27,682 bases of DNA, from the IMG/VR virus record IMGVR_UViG_3300032303_001047, positions 1 through 27,682 of that record; one strand, 5' to 3'. The DNA comes from a virus. Lineage: Duplodnaviria > Caudoviricetes. Below, one piece after another: positions 9,211-15,594 of this stretch (positions within the stretch are counted from its first letter, which is position 1; each line of letters begins with the position of its first letter). Position numbers and translations under genes: made by a program. Under the pieces are notes generated by a model that was given only the letters and a program-made list of their open reading frames with translations, did not search any database and was not told the origin of the DNA.

Positions 9211-9348
9211 TTACTTCTTTTTATATCCCTTGTTCATCATCGAACTAGCGGACTTCATCTTAGTGGATTTGGCTTTGAGCATCTTCATCTCCCTAGCTTC
9301 TTCCCTCATCGATTCGCCTTTTGCGGCTTTCTTTTTCTTGGTAGGCAT
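9211..9348 (-). CDS. Lys/Met-rich basic microprotein (MPTKKKAAKGESMREEAREMKMLK...)
   Basis: Translated manually, 45 aa. Confidence 0.6.
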   Translation of the reverse strand: MPTKKKKAAKGESMREEAREMKMLKAKSTKMKSASSMMNKGYKKK

Positions 9349-9349
9349 A

Positions 9350-9517
9350 TTACTTGTTTTTGTTTCGGGGTTTACGACCTTTCGTAACAGGGGTCGTTGC
9401 CTGTTTCTTAATCTTCGCCTTCTTTACTGGCTCCAGCTTTCGGGTGTCGATCAAAGTTTTGCCCGGAGTTGCCTTGGTTTTCATCCCTCGGATGGTATCA
9501 ATGATGTGTTTAAGCAT
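9350..9517 (-). CDS. Lys-rich microprotein (MLKHIIDTIRGMKTKATPGK...)
   Basis: Translated manually, 55 aa; coupled to neighbours. Confidence 0.5.
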   Translation of the reverse strand: MLKHIIDTIRGMKTKATPGKTLIDTRKLEPVKKAKIKKQATTPVTKGRKPRNKNK

Positions 9518-9650
9518 CGGTTTGTGGGGTTGCTTCCTCGGCGGTAGCTCCAGTTACGAGAGCGTGAACCTTCTGGAGAAGGTCAAGGTCAATCGTGCCA
9601 AGAGCGTTTGCGATCTCCTGTGCTAGGTTGTTTAGTTGTGCTAGGTTCAT
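9510..9650 (-). CDS. hypothetical microprotein (MNLAQLNNLAQEIANALG...)
   Basis: Translated manually, 46 aa; A/C-rich leader. Confidence 0.55.
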   Translation of the reverse strand: MNLAQLNNLAQEIANALGTIDLDLLQKVHALVTGATAEEATPQTDA

Positions 9651-9672
9651 TGTATTGTGTTGTTGTTTTTGG

Positions 9673-9933
9673 TTACTTGCATTTCCAAGCTCGGAGAGAC
9701 TTGTTGATGCGAGAGTTTGGATCTTTGGCGGTCTTGGAACTGGTCAACTTCGCTTTCATGCCTTTCATTCTGGCACAAAAGGAAGCCTTGCGTCCTGCGT
9801 CTTTCTTGGTCTTTGGGTTCGGAGCAGGGGGCTTTAGGTTGCCTCCGTGAGCCTTGTTGTATGATGCCCTGCCCTTGGCATTAAGCCCTCCCTTGGGATT
9901 CTTACCTTCCTTGCGTGTCCATGCTTCAGTCAT
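9673..9933 (-). CDS. small basic phage protein (DUF6321-like)
   Basis: AWTRKEGKNPKGGLNAKGRASYN...SFCARMKG...NSRINKSLRAWKC motif, recalled from aquatic phages. Confidence 0.8.
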   Translation of the reverse strand: MTEAWTRKEGKNPKGGLNAKGRASYNKAHGGNLKPPAPNPKTKKDAGRKASFCARMKGMKAKLTSSKTAKDPNSRINKSLRAWKCK

Positions 9934-9935
9934 AG

Positions 9936-10070
9936 TTATTTCTTTTTAGCGGTTTTCTTGGAGTCACGGAAAGCCTTTGCGGTGGGTGCGCCTTTGCTAC
10001 CTACCTTGCGTGGCTTTCCTCCCCTTTTGTGGAGAGCATTTATGTTTGCATAAAGACCTTTGGGTTTCAT
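9936..10070 (-). CDS. small basic phage protein (KGLYANI...GSKGAPTAKAF...TAKK)
   Basis: Recognisable motif; start at ATG 10070. Confidence 0.7.
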   Translation of the reverse strand: MKPKGLYANINALHKRGGKPRKVGSKGAPTAKAFRDSKKTAKKK

Positions 10071-10134
10071 CGGAATAGAATAGCTAGAATGATTAGAGTT
10101 GATGCAATCGTAAAAATCCAGAAGGCTCGGTGGC

Positions 10135-10326
10135 TCATGCGTTGGCAAAGTGCTTCTCGAAAACCATGACGGCGTACTGGCTCATGGATCGGCGTTCTGC
10201 CTTGGATGCTTCGGAAACCTTTTGCTTCAGTTGTTTTGGGAAGTAAAGGCCAAGGAAGCAGTTATCCTTTTCCTTGGAGGTTGCGGCGGCGATGGGTTCG
10301 GTGGTGTTTGTGTCGGTGGTTGTCAT
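10135..10326 (-). CDS. ribbon-helix-helix (Arc/CopG-like) regulator
   Basis: FLGLYFPKQLKQKVSEASKAERRSMSQY pattern. Confidence 0.75.
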   Translation of the reverse strand: MTTTDTNTTEPIAAATSKEKDNCFLGLYFPKQLKQKVSEASKAERRSMSQYAVMVFEKHFANA

Positions 10327-10506
10327 ATTCCAATGGTTAAAGTGAGCGAGTATCCTCGCCTTGGTTAAAAGGGATTTCAAGATAATTTTAGGATTTTTTT
10401 GTTGGGTAGGTGGATTTAGAGTATCGGGGGGTTCCGATCAAGCCTTTTTCTCGGAGAGAATGGAGCATGATCCAGATGAAGGGGATACAGGGTGGGTATA
10501 GGTCTT

Positions 10507-10701
10507 TCATCGGTCTATGTCGTTGTAGTAATCTGGGTCGGGTAGTGCGTCATTCTCTACTTCCTCAAAGTCAACCTCGGTGTCGCATTTGGGACATTCG
10601 GAGGGGCTGATTTCTGCTTCTGTCCATGCGTCCTTTCCGCAATAGTCTACCTTGAAGTCGTGCTGGCACTCTTCGTTCTGGCAAGTGTAATCGTAGTTCA
10701 T
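10507..10701 (-). CDS. zinc-ribbon protein (FmdB-like)
   Basis: YDYTCQNEECQHDF...CPKCD. Confidence 0.65.
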   Translation of the reverse strand: MNYDYTCQNEECQHDFKVDYCGKDAWTEAEISPSECPKCDTEVDFEEVENDALPDPDYYNDIDR

Positions 10702-10841
10702 AGGGATTCGATTGCGGTTTTATATTGTTCTTTCAGTTTCTCGGCGGCATCAAGCCTCTCGCAAAGAAGTTGAACCTCTAATTCAAGAATTCGGATTTGA
10801 TCGGCTATATCGTCGAGTCGTTTATTTTGTTCTTCGGTCAT
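10698..10841 (-). CDS. coiled-coil microprotein (MTEEQNKRLDDIADQIRILE...)
   Basis: Translated manually, 47 aa; ATGA overlap. Confidence 0.55.
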   Translation of the reverse strand: MTEEQNKRLDDIADQIRILELEVQLLCERLDAAEKLKEQYKTAIESL

Positions 10842-10848
10842 GGTTGTT

Positions 10849-11268
10849 TCAGTTAATGCCGAACATCCTGTCTAGGTGTCGGTCGGTGGTGATGCTATCG
10901 GCGGCGGCGGCTGTTGCAAGATTTTTCAGCTTCTTTTTTAAGGCTGAAAGTTCGTGTTGGATTTCTCTTGCCCTTGGCAGGGAGATTTGAATGGTTTCGA
11001 GTTCGTGATGCTCGGCGGTGCGTATAAGCGTATAGAACAGGGGTTCTAGGGTGCTTACAAGTTTGTGGGCATCGGTTAAGGCGGCGGTGTTGTGGGTTTC
11101 AGTTACAGGTTCGATCATGGTTTTATGGACGAGTTCAGAGGGGCGTATCCAATTGTCCCATTCAAGGGGTGAGATGAATCCTCGGTCGCCATTCCATTCG
11201 GTGATGACGTAGGTGATGCCATCGGGTTGCCAATCTTGGTGGATAGTTACAAGGTCGCCTGTTTTCAT
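10849..11268 (-). CDS. hypothetical protein (SH3/KOW-like N-terminus MKTGDLV)
   Basis: 139-aa ORF, coupled to upstream gene. Confidence 0.6.
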   Translation of the reverse strand: MKTGDLVTIHQDWQPDGITYVITEWNGDRGFISPLEWDNWIRPSELVHKTMIEPVTETHNTAALTDAHKLVSTLEPLFYTLIRTAEHHELETIQISLPRAREIQHELSALKKKLKNLATAAAADSITTDRHLDRMFGIN

Positions 11269-11492
11269 TTATTAAGTGATGCGGCGATCTCGTCGGCTAG
11301 TTTTGCTGATCGGTCACAAAGGTCGATCAGGCGTTGCAAGCGTTCCTCTAGGGTGAGAGGTGGCGGCGGTATCACTTGCCAATGGTCGCCTTGTGGGGCG
11401 ATTTCTAGGGCGTTTGTGGGCTTTTCTGGCGTGGTTTGCGTGGTCATGGTGGATCGTTTGGATGCGTAGAATGCTAGGGTTTCGGTGTTCAT
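11265..11492 (-). CDS. hypothetical protein
   Basis: ORF with ATAA overlap. Confidence 0.5.
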   Translation of the reverse strand: MNTETLAFYASKRSTMTTQTTPEKPTNALEIAPQGDHWQVIPPPPLTLEERLQRLIDLCDRSAKLADEIAASLNK

Positions 11493-11505
11493 GGCGGCGG
11501 CGGTT

Positions 11506-11613
11506 TCAGTTAAGGGTTAAAGCTCGGCCTATGCCTTGGGCATAGAATCTCCATGCTTTCGGATTTCGGATCATGCAGACAAGGTGGAGGGCAATCTGGT
11601 GCGGTTTGCTCAT
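11506..11613 (-). CDS. hypothetical microprotein (MSKPHQIALHLVCMIRNPKAWRFY...)
   Basis: Translated manually, 35 aa; ATGA overlap. Confidence 0.4.
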   Translation of the reverse strand: MSKPHQIALHLVCMIRNPKAWRFYAQGIGRALTLN

Positions 11614-11729
11614 TTGCTCTCCCTTAATGTGGTGTTGATGGTTTCGATTTGAGCCTCTATCTGTGTCAACTGCTGGCAGATTTTGGCTACGATTTGTTCT
11701 AGCGTGGGTTTTTGCGTTTCAGTTTCCAT
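11610..11729 (-). CDS. hypothetical microprotein (METETQKPTLEQIVAKICQQL...)
   Basis: Translated manually, 39 aa; AACCACGCAACCAC leader. Confidence 0.5.
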   Translation of the reverse strand: METETQKPTLEQIVAKICQQLTQIEAQIETINTTLRESK

Positions 11730-11756
11730 GTGGTTGCGTGGTTGTTGCGATTAGCT

Positions 11757-11781
11757 TTGGAGCCTGTATTTATGCGGTTCC
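11757..11781 (+). repeat. left copy of the 25-bp inverted repeat, TTGGAGCCTGTATTTATGCGGTTCC
   Basis: 21/25 identical to the reverse complement of 14546-14570. Confidence 0.7.
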
Positions 11782-11799
11782 GTAACCAATCGTGTTTAT

Positions 11800-11828
11800 A
11801 CTCTACAAGACGCTTGCAGGGATTGCAA
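11800..11828 (-). promoter_or_regulatory. sigma70-like promoter TTGCAA-N17-TAGAGT, overlapped by palindrome GCTTGCA-N5-TGCAAGC (11812-11830)
   Basis: Consensus spacing; heads the leftward operon. Confidence 0.55.
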
Positions 11829-11846
11829 GCATCTTTTGCAGGGCAT

Positions 11847-11903
11847 CCAGAAGTTTTTTCTGGCTACTGCTCCCCCCATGACAGGGGAAGCAGGGTGTCA
11901 GAA
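11847..11903 (-). ncRNA. structured intergenic repeat E5
   Basis: UUCUGAC-ACC-[11-bp stem, GUCAU loop]-UA-GCCAGAA, plus alternative hairpin CCAGAA/UUCUGG. Confidence 0.65.
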
Positions 11904-12212
11904 TCACTTACTGATCCTTGTACGGAATCTGCGTTTCAGTTCCTTTGCCTCTTCCTTGAGGCGTTTCTGTTCCTTCTTTGCCCTAGCCTTCTCCAAATAC
12001 TTTCTCTGGCATCGGGAACGGATTGCCCAATGATAGATATCATCGATCCTAACTACCTCCTCCCGACGAGTACCAAGGGGTCTAATCTTGAGGAGATCAC
12101 CCTCTGCTGATGATTCCAGAGTGACGCACAGGGGCTTGCCTGTATCGCACCCGAAACCATAGCCAAGGGTGATCCTAGTCTTGCGTTTGACAGGTTTATT
12201 TAGCGGAGTCAT
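11904..12212 (-). CDS. hypothetical basic early protein
   Basis: 102-aa ORF with Arg/Lys-rich helical C-terminus. Confidence 0.65.
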   Translation of the reverse strand: MTPLNKPVKRKTRITLGYGFGCDTGKPLCVTLESSAEGDLLKIRPLGTRREEVVRIDDIYHWAIRSRCQRKYLEKARAKKEQKRLKEEAKELKRRFRTRISK

Positions 12213-12403
12213 GCTACATCAACTTTCTTGATGATTTTTATGTCATCATTACCAGCATTCTCCCAATCATTACAAAGATCACGCAACAAGTCTTTAAGCC
12301 TGTCTAGGTGATCCTCTGCTTGCTTAATAAGCCCCTCTGTGGTGCGGATGCGATCCATGACGATCTTTTTCTTGGATATATGCTCAACTACGAACTTTTT
12401 CAT
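12209..12403 (-). CDS. hypothetical early protein
   Basis: AAAGGA SD; ATGA overlap. Confidence 0.6.
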   Translation of the reverse strand: MKKFVVEHISKKKIVMDRIRTTEGLIKQAEDHLDRLKDLLRDLCNDWENAGNDDIKIIKKVDVA

Positions 12404-12421
12404 GCTGTTTCCTTTCTGTTC

Positions 12422-12482
12422 CCAATAGCTTAATTACTACTGGCTACTGACCCTGTATCTCTACAGGATCAGTTTGCCAATA
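12422..12482 (-). ncRNA. structured intergenic repeat E4
   Basis: UAUUGGC-AAA-[11-bp stem, GAGA tetraloop]-UA-GCCAGUA, plus alternative hairpin CCAGUAGU/GCUAUUGG. Confidence 0.7.
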
Positions 12483-12839
12483 TTAGAGAGCTAAGATGTT
12501 TTCAACACTAACATCAACACTCCACTCACCAATCCAAGGCTCATAGTCATCGTCACGGATGCTATAAACACCATCAAAACCACCATCAATTGCAATGTAA
12601 GTACCACCATGCTCTCGACACTCCAAAGCAATCTCCTTCAACTCTTTTAGAGTAGGATTAGCCTTGGTAAAGATAGGCTCATCGTGCTTCTCAAGCCTAC
12701 CATTCTTATCCATCATTAGGAGAGAAGTTCCCCTTGAGCGAATCAGTTGGAAATCTCTGCTATAAGACTCACGCTTGCACTTGTCACGCTCGTACTTAAT
12801 CTCTTCAATTAGTTCTTTATAACTACTGAATGTTTTCAT
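12483..12839 (-). CDS. hypothetical early protein
   Basis: AAAGGAG SD; 118 aa. Confidence 0.7.
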   Translation of the reverse strand: MKTFSSYKELIEEIKYERDKCKRESYSRDFQLIRSRGTSLLMMDKNGRLEKHDEPIFTKANPTLKELKEIALECREHGGTYIAIDGGFDGVYSIRDDDYEPWIGEWSVDVSVENILAL

Positions 12840-12866
12840 GTTATACTCCTTTGTTTGCTGTTTGTT

Positions 12867-12923
12867 TCTGCACTTTATGCACAGATTATTGCCCCCCCCA
12901 TTACAGGAGGGGCAATGTATCTA
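12867..12923 (-). ncRNA. structured intergenic repeat E3
   Basis: UAGAU-ACA-[11-bp stem, GUAAU loop]-UA-AUCUG, plus alternative hairpin UCUGUGC/GUGCAGA. Confidence 0.7.
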
Positions 12924-13772
12924 GGCACTAACTCCAAGAATGAAATCAGTAGATTGGTGCGCTTTAGCTGAAGCACTAACTACCAATTTTTTGTCGTTCT
13001 TCAGTCTCTTTAGCCAGCTTGCAATATAGGATGCAGAATTGTCAATCGTACGATCAACAATTCCAGCAGTTGCACAGAGGAAACTTGCCCCCATTTCTGC
13101 AACTAACTCTTCCTTTGCGTAACAGGCATCACCAAACTTGCTTACATCGTTCTGTAGCCTTCCAAGCCTATTCTCATGCCCTGTGGCATGGGTCAGTTCA
13201 TGGAACAACACAGAGTAGTAGTTCTCTACCTTATCAAATGTCTCCTTCTGTGGCATATTAACAAAGTCACTTGACCTGTTATAATATGCCTGTTGCTCAC
13301 CATGTAGAATGGTAGGCTTTTTAGGCATATTCGCCACAATCTTTTCAGCTTCCCCGATAGGGTCAAACTGAATCTTTTCCAGTTCTTCTGGCGTAGGATA
13401 TTTAATCCCATCACATTGGCTAACATTAAAAACGCTGTAGTATTTCAACATGGGAATCGTTTTCTTTTCCCCTGTTGCCTTGTCTAGCGTCTCAAACATC
13501 TTCCAGTAGACAACTGGTGTTGACTTCTCACCCTTGCGTACCTGTCCTCCCATCTCTGTGGCTTGTTTATAGCTGACCCAATAAGGGGAAGCATAACCAG
13601 CACAGGAGAGTAGCCAGACATTCACGCCTCGATAGGCTTTCTTACTGACTAGATTCATTGGTGCTTCTGAACCTGTTGCCCAAGGTTTATTCCAAGGTAC
13701 AACACCATCTTCTAACATCCCGATGATCCTGTCAGTTACGATTTGATATACGTCAACTTTTTCTTTGCTCAT
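12921..13772 (-). CDS. ardC: ArdC-family antirestriction protein (ssDNA-binding DUF1738 domain + zincin-like metallopeptidase)
   Basis: YQIVTDRII..LE.GVVPWNKPW, YRGVN, SYKQA..MGGQVRKGEK, HELTHATG, YAKEELVAEMGA; AAGGAG SD. Confidence 0.92.
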   Translation of the reverse strand: MSKEKVDVYQIVTDRIIGMLEDGVVPWNKPWATGSEAPMNLVSKKAYRGVNVWLLSCAGYASPYWVSYKQATEMGGQVRKGEKSTPVVYWKMFETLDKATGEKKTIPMLKYYSVFNVSQCDGIKYPTPEELEKIQFDPIGEAEKIVANMPKKPTILHGEQQAYYNRSSDFVNMPQKETFDKVENYYSVLFHELTHATGHENRLGRLQNDVSKFGDACYAKEELVAEMGASFLCATAGIVDRTIDNSASYIASWLKRLKNDKKLVVSASAKAHQSTDFILGVSA

Positions 13773-13804
13773 AATAACTCCTTTTTTGCGTTTTTGTTTT
13801 GATC

Positions 13805-13861
13805 TCAATAGCGTTATTGCTACTGATTACTACCCTCCCGAAAGAGGGTAGTTTATCAATA
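13805..13861 (-). ncRNA. structured intergenic repeat E2
   Basis: UAUUGAU-AAA-[9-bp stem, UUCG tetraloop]-UA-AUCAGUA, plus alternative hairpin UCAGUAGC/GCUAUUGA. Confidence 0.7.
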
Positions 13862-14104
13862 TCAACTTATATGCAATTTTGCAGTAAACTTACTAAACAT
13901 TAAGAAAGCAAAATCATCCTCTCTACCTTTGGGTATTCCTTGCGTTTTAGCTTTCAACCTATCAGAAAAAGGCTTAAACTTTTCCATAATATAGTCACTA
14001 GCTTTACCTTCAATTAGAGTAGATTCATATAACCAGTTTTCTCTCTCATATGCCCTTAATGCTGAAAGCATGATTGCATTATAATCTGAAGTGTTTATTT
14101 TCAT
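13862..14104 (-). CDS. hypothetical protein, first gene of the early cassette
   Basis: AAAGGAG SD; 80 aa. Confidence 0.7.
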   Translation of the reverse strand: MKINTSDYNAIMLSALRAYERENWLYESTLIEGKASDYIMEKFKPFSDRLKAKTQGIPKGREDDFAFLMFSKFTAKLHIS

Positions 14105-14149
14105 AACTAACTCCTTTGTTTTGATGCCTTAAATGGTAAGGCTACCATC

Positions 14150-14213
14150 ATCACACTCTGTGCTGATTATTGCCCCCTGTTTAATCGAAACTAAACAAGG
14201 GGCAATTTATCAA
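14150..14213 (-). ncRNA. structured intergenic repeat E1
   Basis: UUGAU-AAA-[16-bp stem, UUCG tetraloop]-UA-AUCAG, plus alternative pairing AUCA/UGAU. Confidence 0.7.
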
Positions 14214-14307
14214 AACAGCTTTTATGAGTTTTTCCAGCGTCTCTCGCAACGGATTTACAACCAACGTTCACCCTAGAGGGGGTTCCATTGTAACTTACTG
14301 CCTAATG

Positions 14308-14464
14308 CCATAGGGTGAGATCGTCACCAGCATTCGTCGGCAGGGTCAGGTCAGGAACCAGTTCGGGAATGAACTAGTCAACCAGCAAGGTCAAAATGTC
14401 AAAGAACAAAGGCTGAATCATCGTTCAACCTATCGGGAAAACCATTGGGTGAGATCGTCACCAG
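14308..14464 (-). repeat. two copies of CTGGTGACGATCTCACCCWATGG (14308-14330 and 14442-14464), each forming a GGUGA-CGAUC-UCACC hairpin
   Basis: 22/23 identical direct repeat. Confidence 0.85.
14397..14431 (-). promoter_or_regulatory. boxB-like hairpin followed by a boxA-like antitermination element (AGGTTGAA-N6-TTCAGCCT ... TGTTCTTTGACA)
   Basis: 10/12 match to rrn boxA TGCTCTTTAACA, directly after an 8-bp hairpin in the leader. Confidence 0.55.
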
Positions 14465-14482
14465 TTCGCCGTCGATGAAACC

Positions 14483-14510
14483 AATCTACCACACCCAAAA
14501 ACATTGTCTA
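14483..14510 (-). promoter_or_regulatory. early promoter TAGACA-N16-TAGATT with extended -10 TG and upstream A-tract
   Basis: Sequence match; lies upstream of the structured leader. Confidence 0.55.
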
Positions 14511-14545
14511 CAAGTTTTTTTTAGAATCTTTCAAGAATAGCCCCT

Positions 14546-14570
14546 GGAGCCGCATAAACACTAGCTCCAA
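14546..14570 (-). repeat. right copy of the 25-bp inverted repeat (minus strand TTGGAGCTAGTGTTTATGCGGCTCC)
   Basis: 21/25 identical to 11757-11781 in opposite orientation. Confidence 0.7.
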
Positions 14571-14811
14571 GCCCCTAAAACTTTTTTTTGACACCCTCAC
14601 CAGAAACCACAAAAACGACCTCTAGAAGCCCATTCTATCAACCTCCAGCCCTCCAAGCCCATTTCATCAGCATCTAGCCATTTCTTGCAACTCATAAAAA
14701 GCACACACACACCCACAATATGCTTGACAAAATCACCCCCCTTGCCCTTAAAATAGAAGCCCAAAGGAAAGCCCCGAACAAGCCCCGAAAAGCCCCTGCT
14801 CAAAAAGCCCC
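14569..14811 (+). repeat. AAGCCC(C) repeats in an A/C-rich non-coding zone
   Basis: Copies at 14569, 14626, 14654, 14757, 14769, 14780, 14790, 14805. Confidence 0.6.
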
Positions 14812-14837
14812 ACACACCTTAATTGTTCATATATCAA

Positions 14838-14880
14838 AATAGTTCATTGACATTAACTATTCAGCTAGGTAAATAGTTCA
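14838..14880 (+). promoter_or_regulatory. terS promoter TTGACA-N17-TAAATA with three AATAGTT boxes
   Basis: TTGACA at 14847-14852; AATAGTT at 14838 (+), 14855 (-), 14872 (+). Confidence 0.5.
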
Positions 14881-14886
14881 CCACAC

Positions 14887-15417
14887 ATGAGCAACCTACC
14901 TAACCTAACTACCAAACAATTAGCCTACTGCACATACAGAGCAAAGGGTGAGAATAAAGCACGATCATATCTGTTAGCAGGATATAAAGCCGCTAACTCT
15001 GAACAAGCAGGATCAGCCGCTTGTAAGTTAGAGTCAGATAACAGAGTGAGTTCCTATATCTCTACTCTTCGAGAGAGTAGCTTCTTAAAAGATGCACTAA
15101 CATTAGCGGAGAAGAGGGCATATTTAGCTAGGGCAGTTAGGTGTGATGTTAGTAATGCTGACGTAGATTTAGTGCAGGAAGTTAGTGAGACTGCTAACGA
15201 GCATGGAGTTAGTAAGAAAGTCAAGGTTGTTGATAAGTTAAGAGCTTTAGAGTTAGACAGCAAGATAGCTGGTGACTTTTACTCTGATAGGGAACCTCAA
15301 GTTAGTAATCCCTTTATGTTCATCGTCTCTCTGTCAAAGCCCATTACATTAGATGAACCTTCCCCTGTGATAGATGCCGAGTTAGTTATAGAGGGGGAAA
15401 CCTTGTTAGCTAACTGA
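14887..15417 (+). CDS. terS: terminase small subunit
   Basis: LTTKQLAYC....G.N...SY..AGY HTH start; DKLRALEL.SKI.G.F oligomerisation motif. Confidence 0.85.
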   Translation: MSNLPNLTTKQLAYCTYRAKGENKARSYLLAGYKAANSEQAGSAACKLESDNRVSSYISTLRESSFLKDALTLAEKRAYLARAVRCDVSNADVDLVQEVSETANEHGVSKKVKVVDKLRALELDSKIAGDFYSDREPQVSNPFMFIVSLSKPITLDEPSPVIDAELVIEGETLLAN

Positions 15418-15558
15418 TTTCTTAAGGAATCTCTTCGGGTGGTCGCCCCCCCCACGCACCCAGACGGACGGCGGCCGATATACGACAGGAGCCAATGAAA
15501 AAAAATCAGTAATGAGGATTTTCCCATATTGAAAGATTCTTGCAGTTTAAGGGTGATA

Positions 15559-15587
15559 TTGACATGGGGTTGGTGAGTTGATAGGGT
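15559..15587 (+). promoter_or_regulatory. promoter TTGACA-N17-TAGGGT (extended -10), likely leaderless transcript
   Basis: ATG follows 7 nt after the -10 box. Confidence 0.5.
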
Positions 15588-15594
15588 TGTTGTA

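Noticed and set aside
9203-9850. Plus-strand hydrophobic ORFs (9203..9547, 9354..9626, 9595..9837, 9608..9850)
   Set aside because: Shadows of Lys-rich minus-strand genes (AAA read as TTT)
11847-14213. E1-E5 as integron attC sites or a CRISPR array
   Set aside because: No RYYYAAC/GTTRRRY boxes, no integron integrase, no identical repeats or fixed spacer length
11847-14213. E1-E5 as ordinary intrinsic terminators
   Set aside because: No U-tract on the sense strand, and termination would not explain the conserved internal loop or the alternative hairpin
14140-14464. Hammerhead ribozyme suggested by CUGGUGA / UGAUGA
   Set aside because: I could not place the CUGANGA + GAAA + UH core with three stems
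14597-14815. 72-aa minus-strand ORF
   Set aside because: By-product of the low-complexity A/C-rich repeat region
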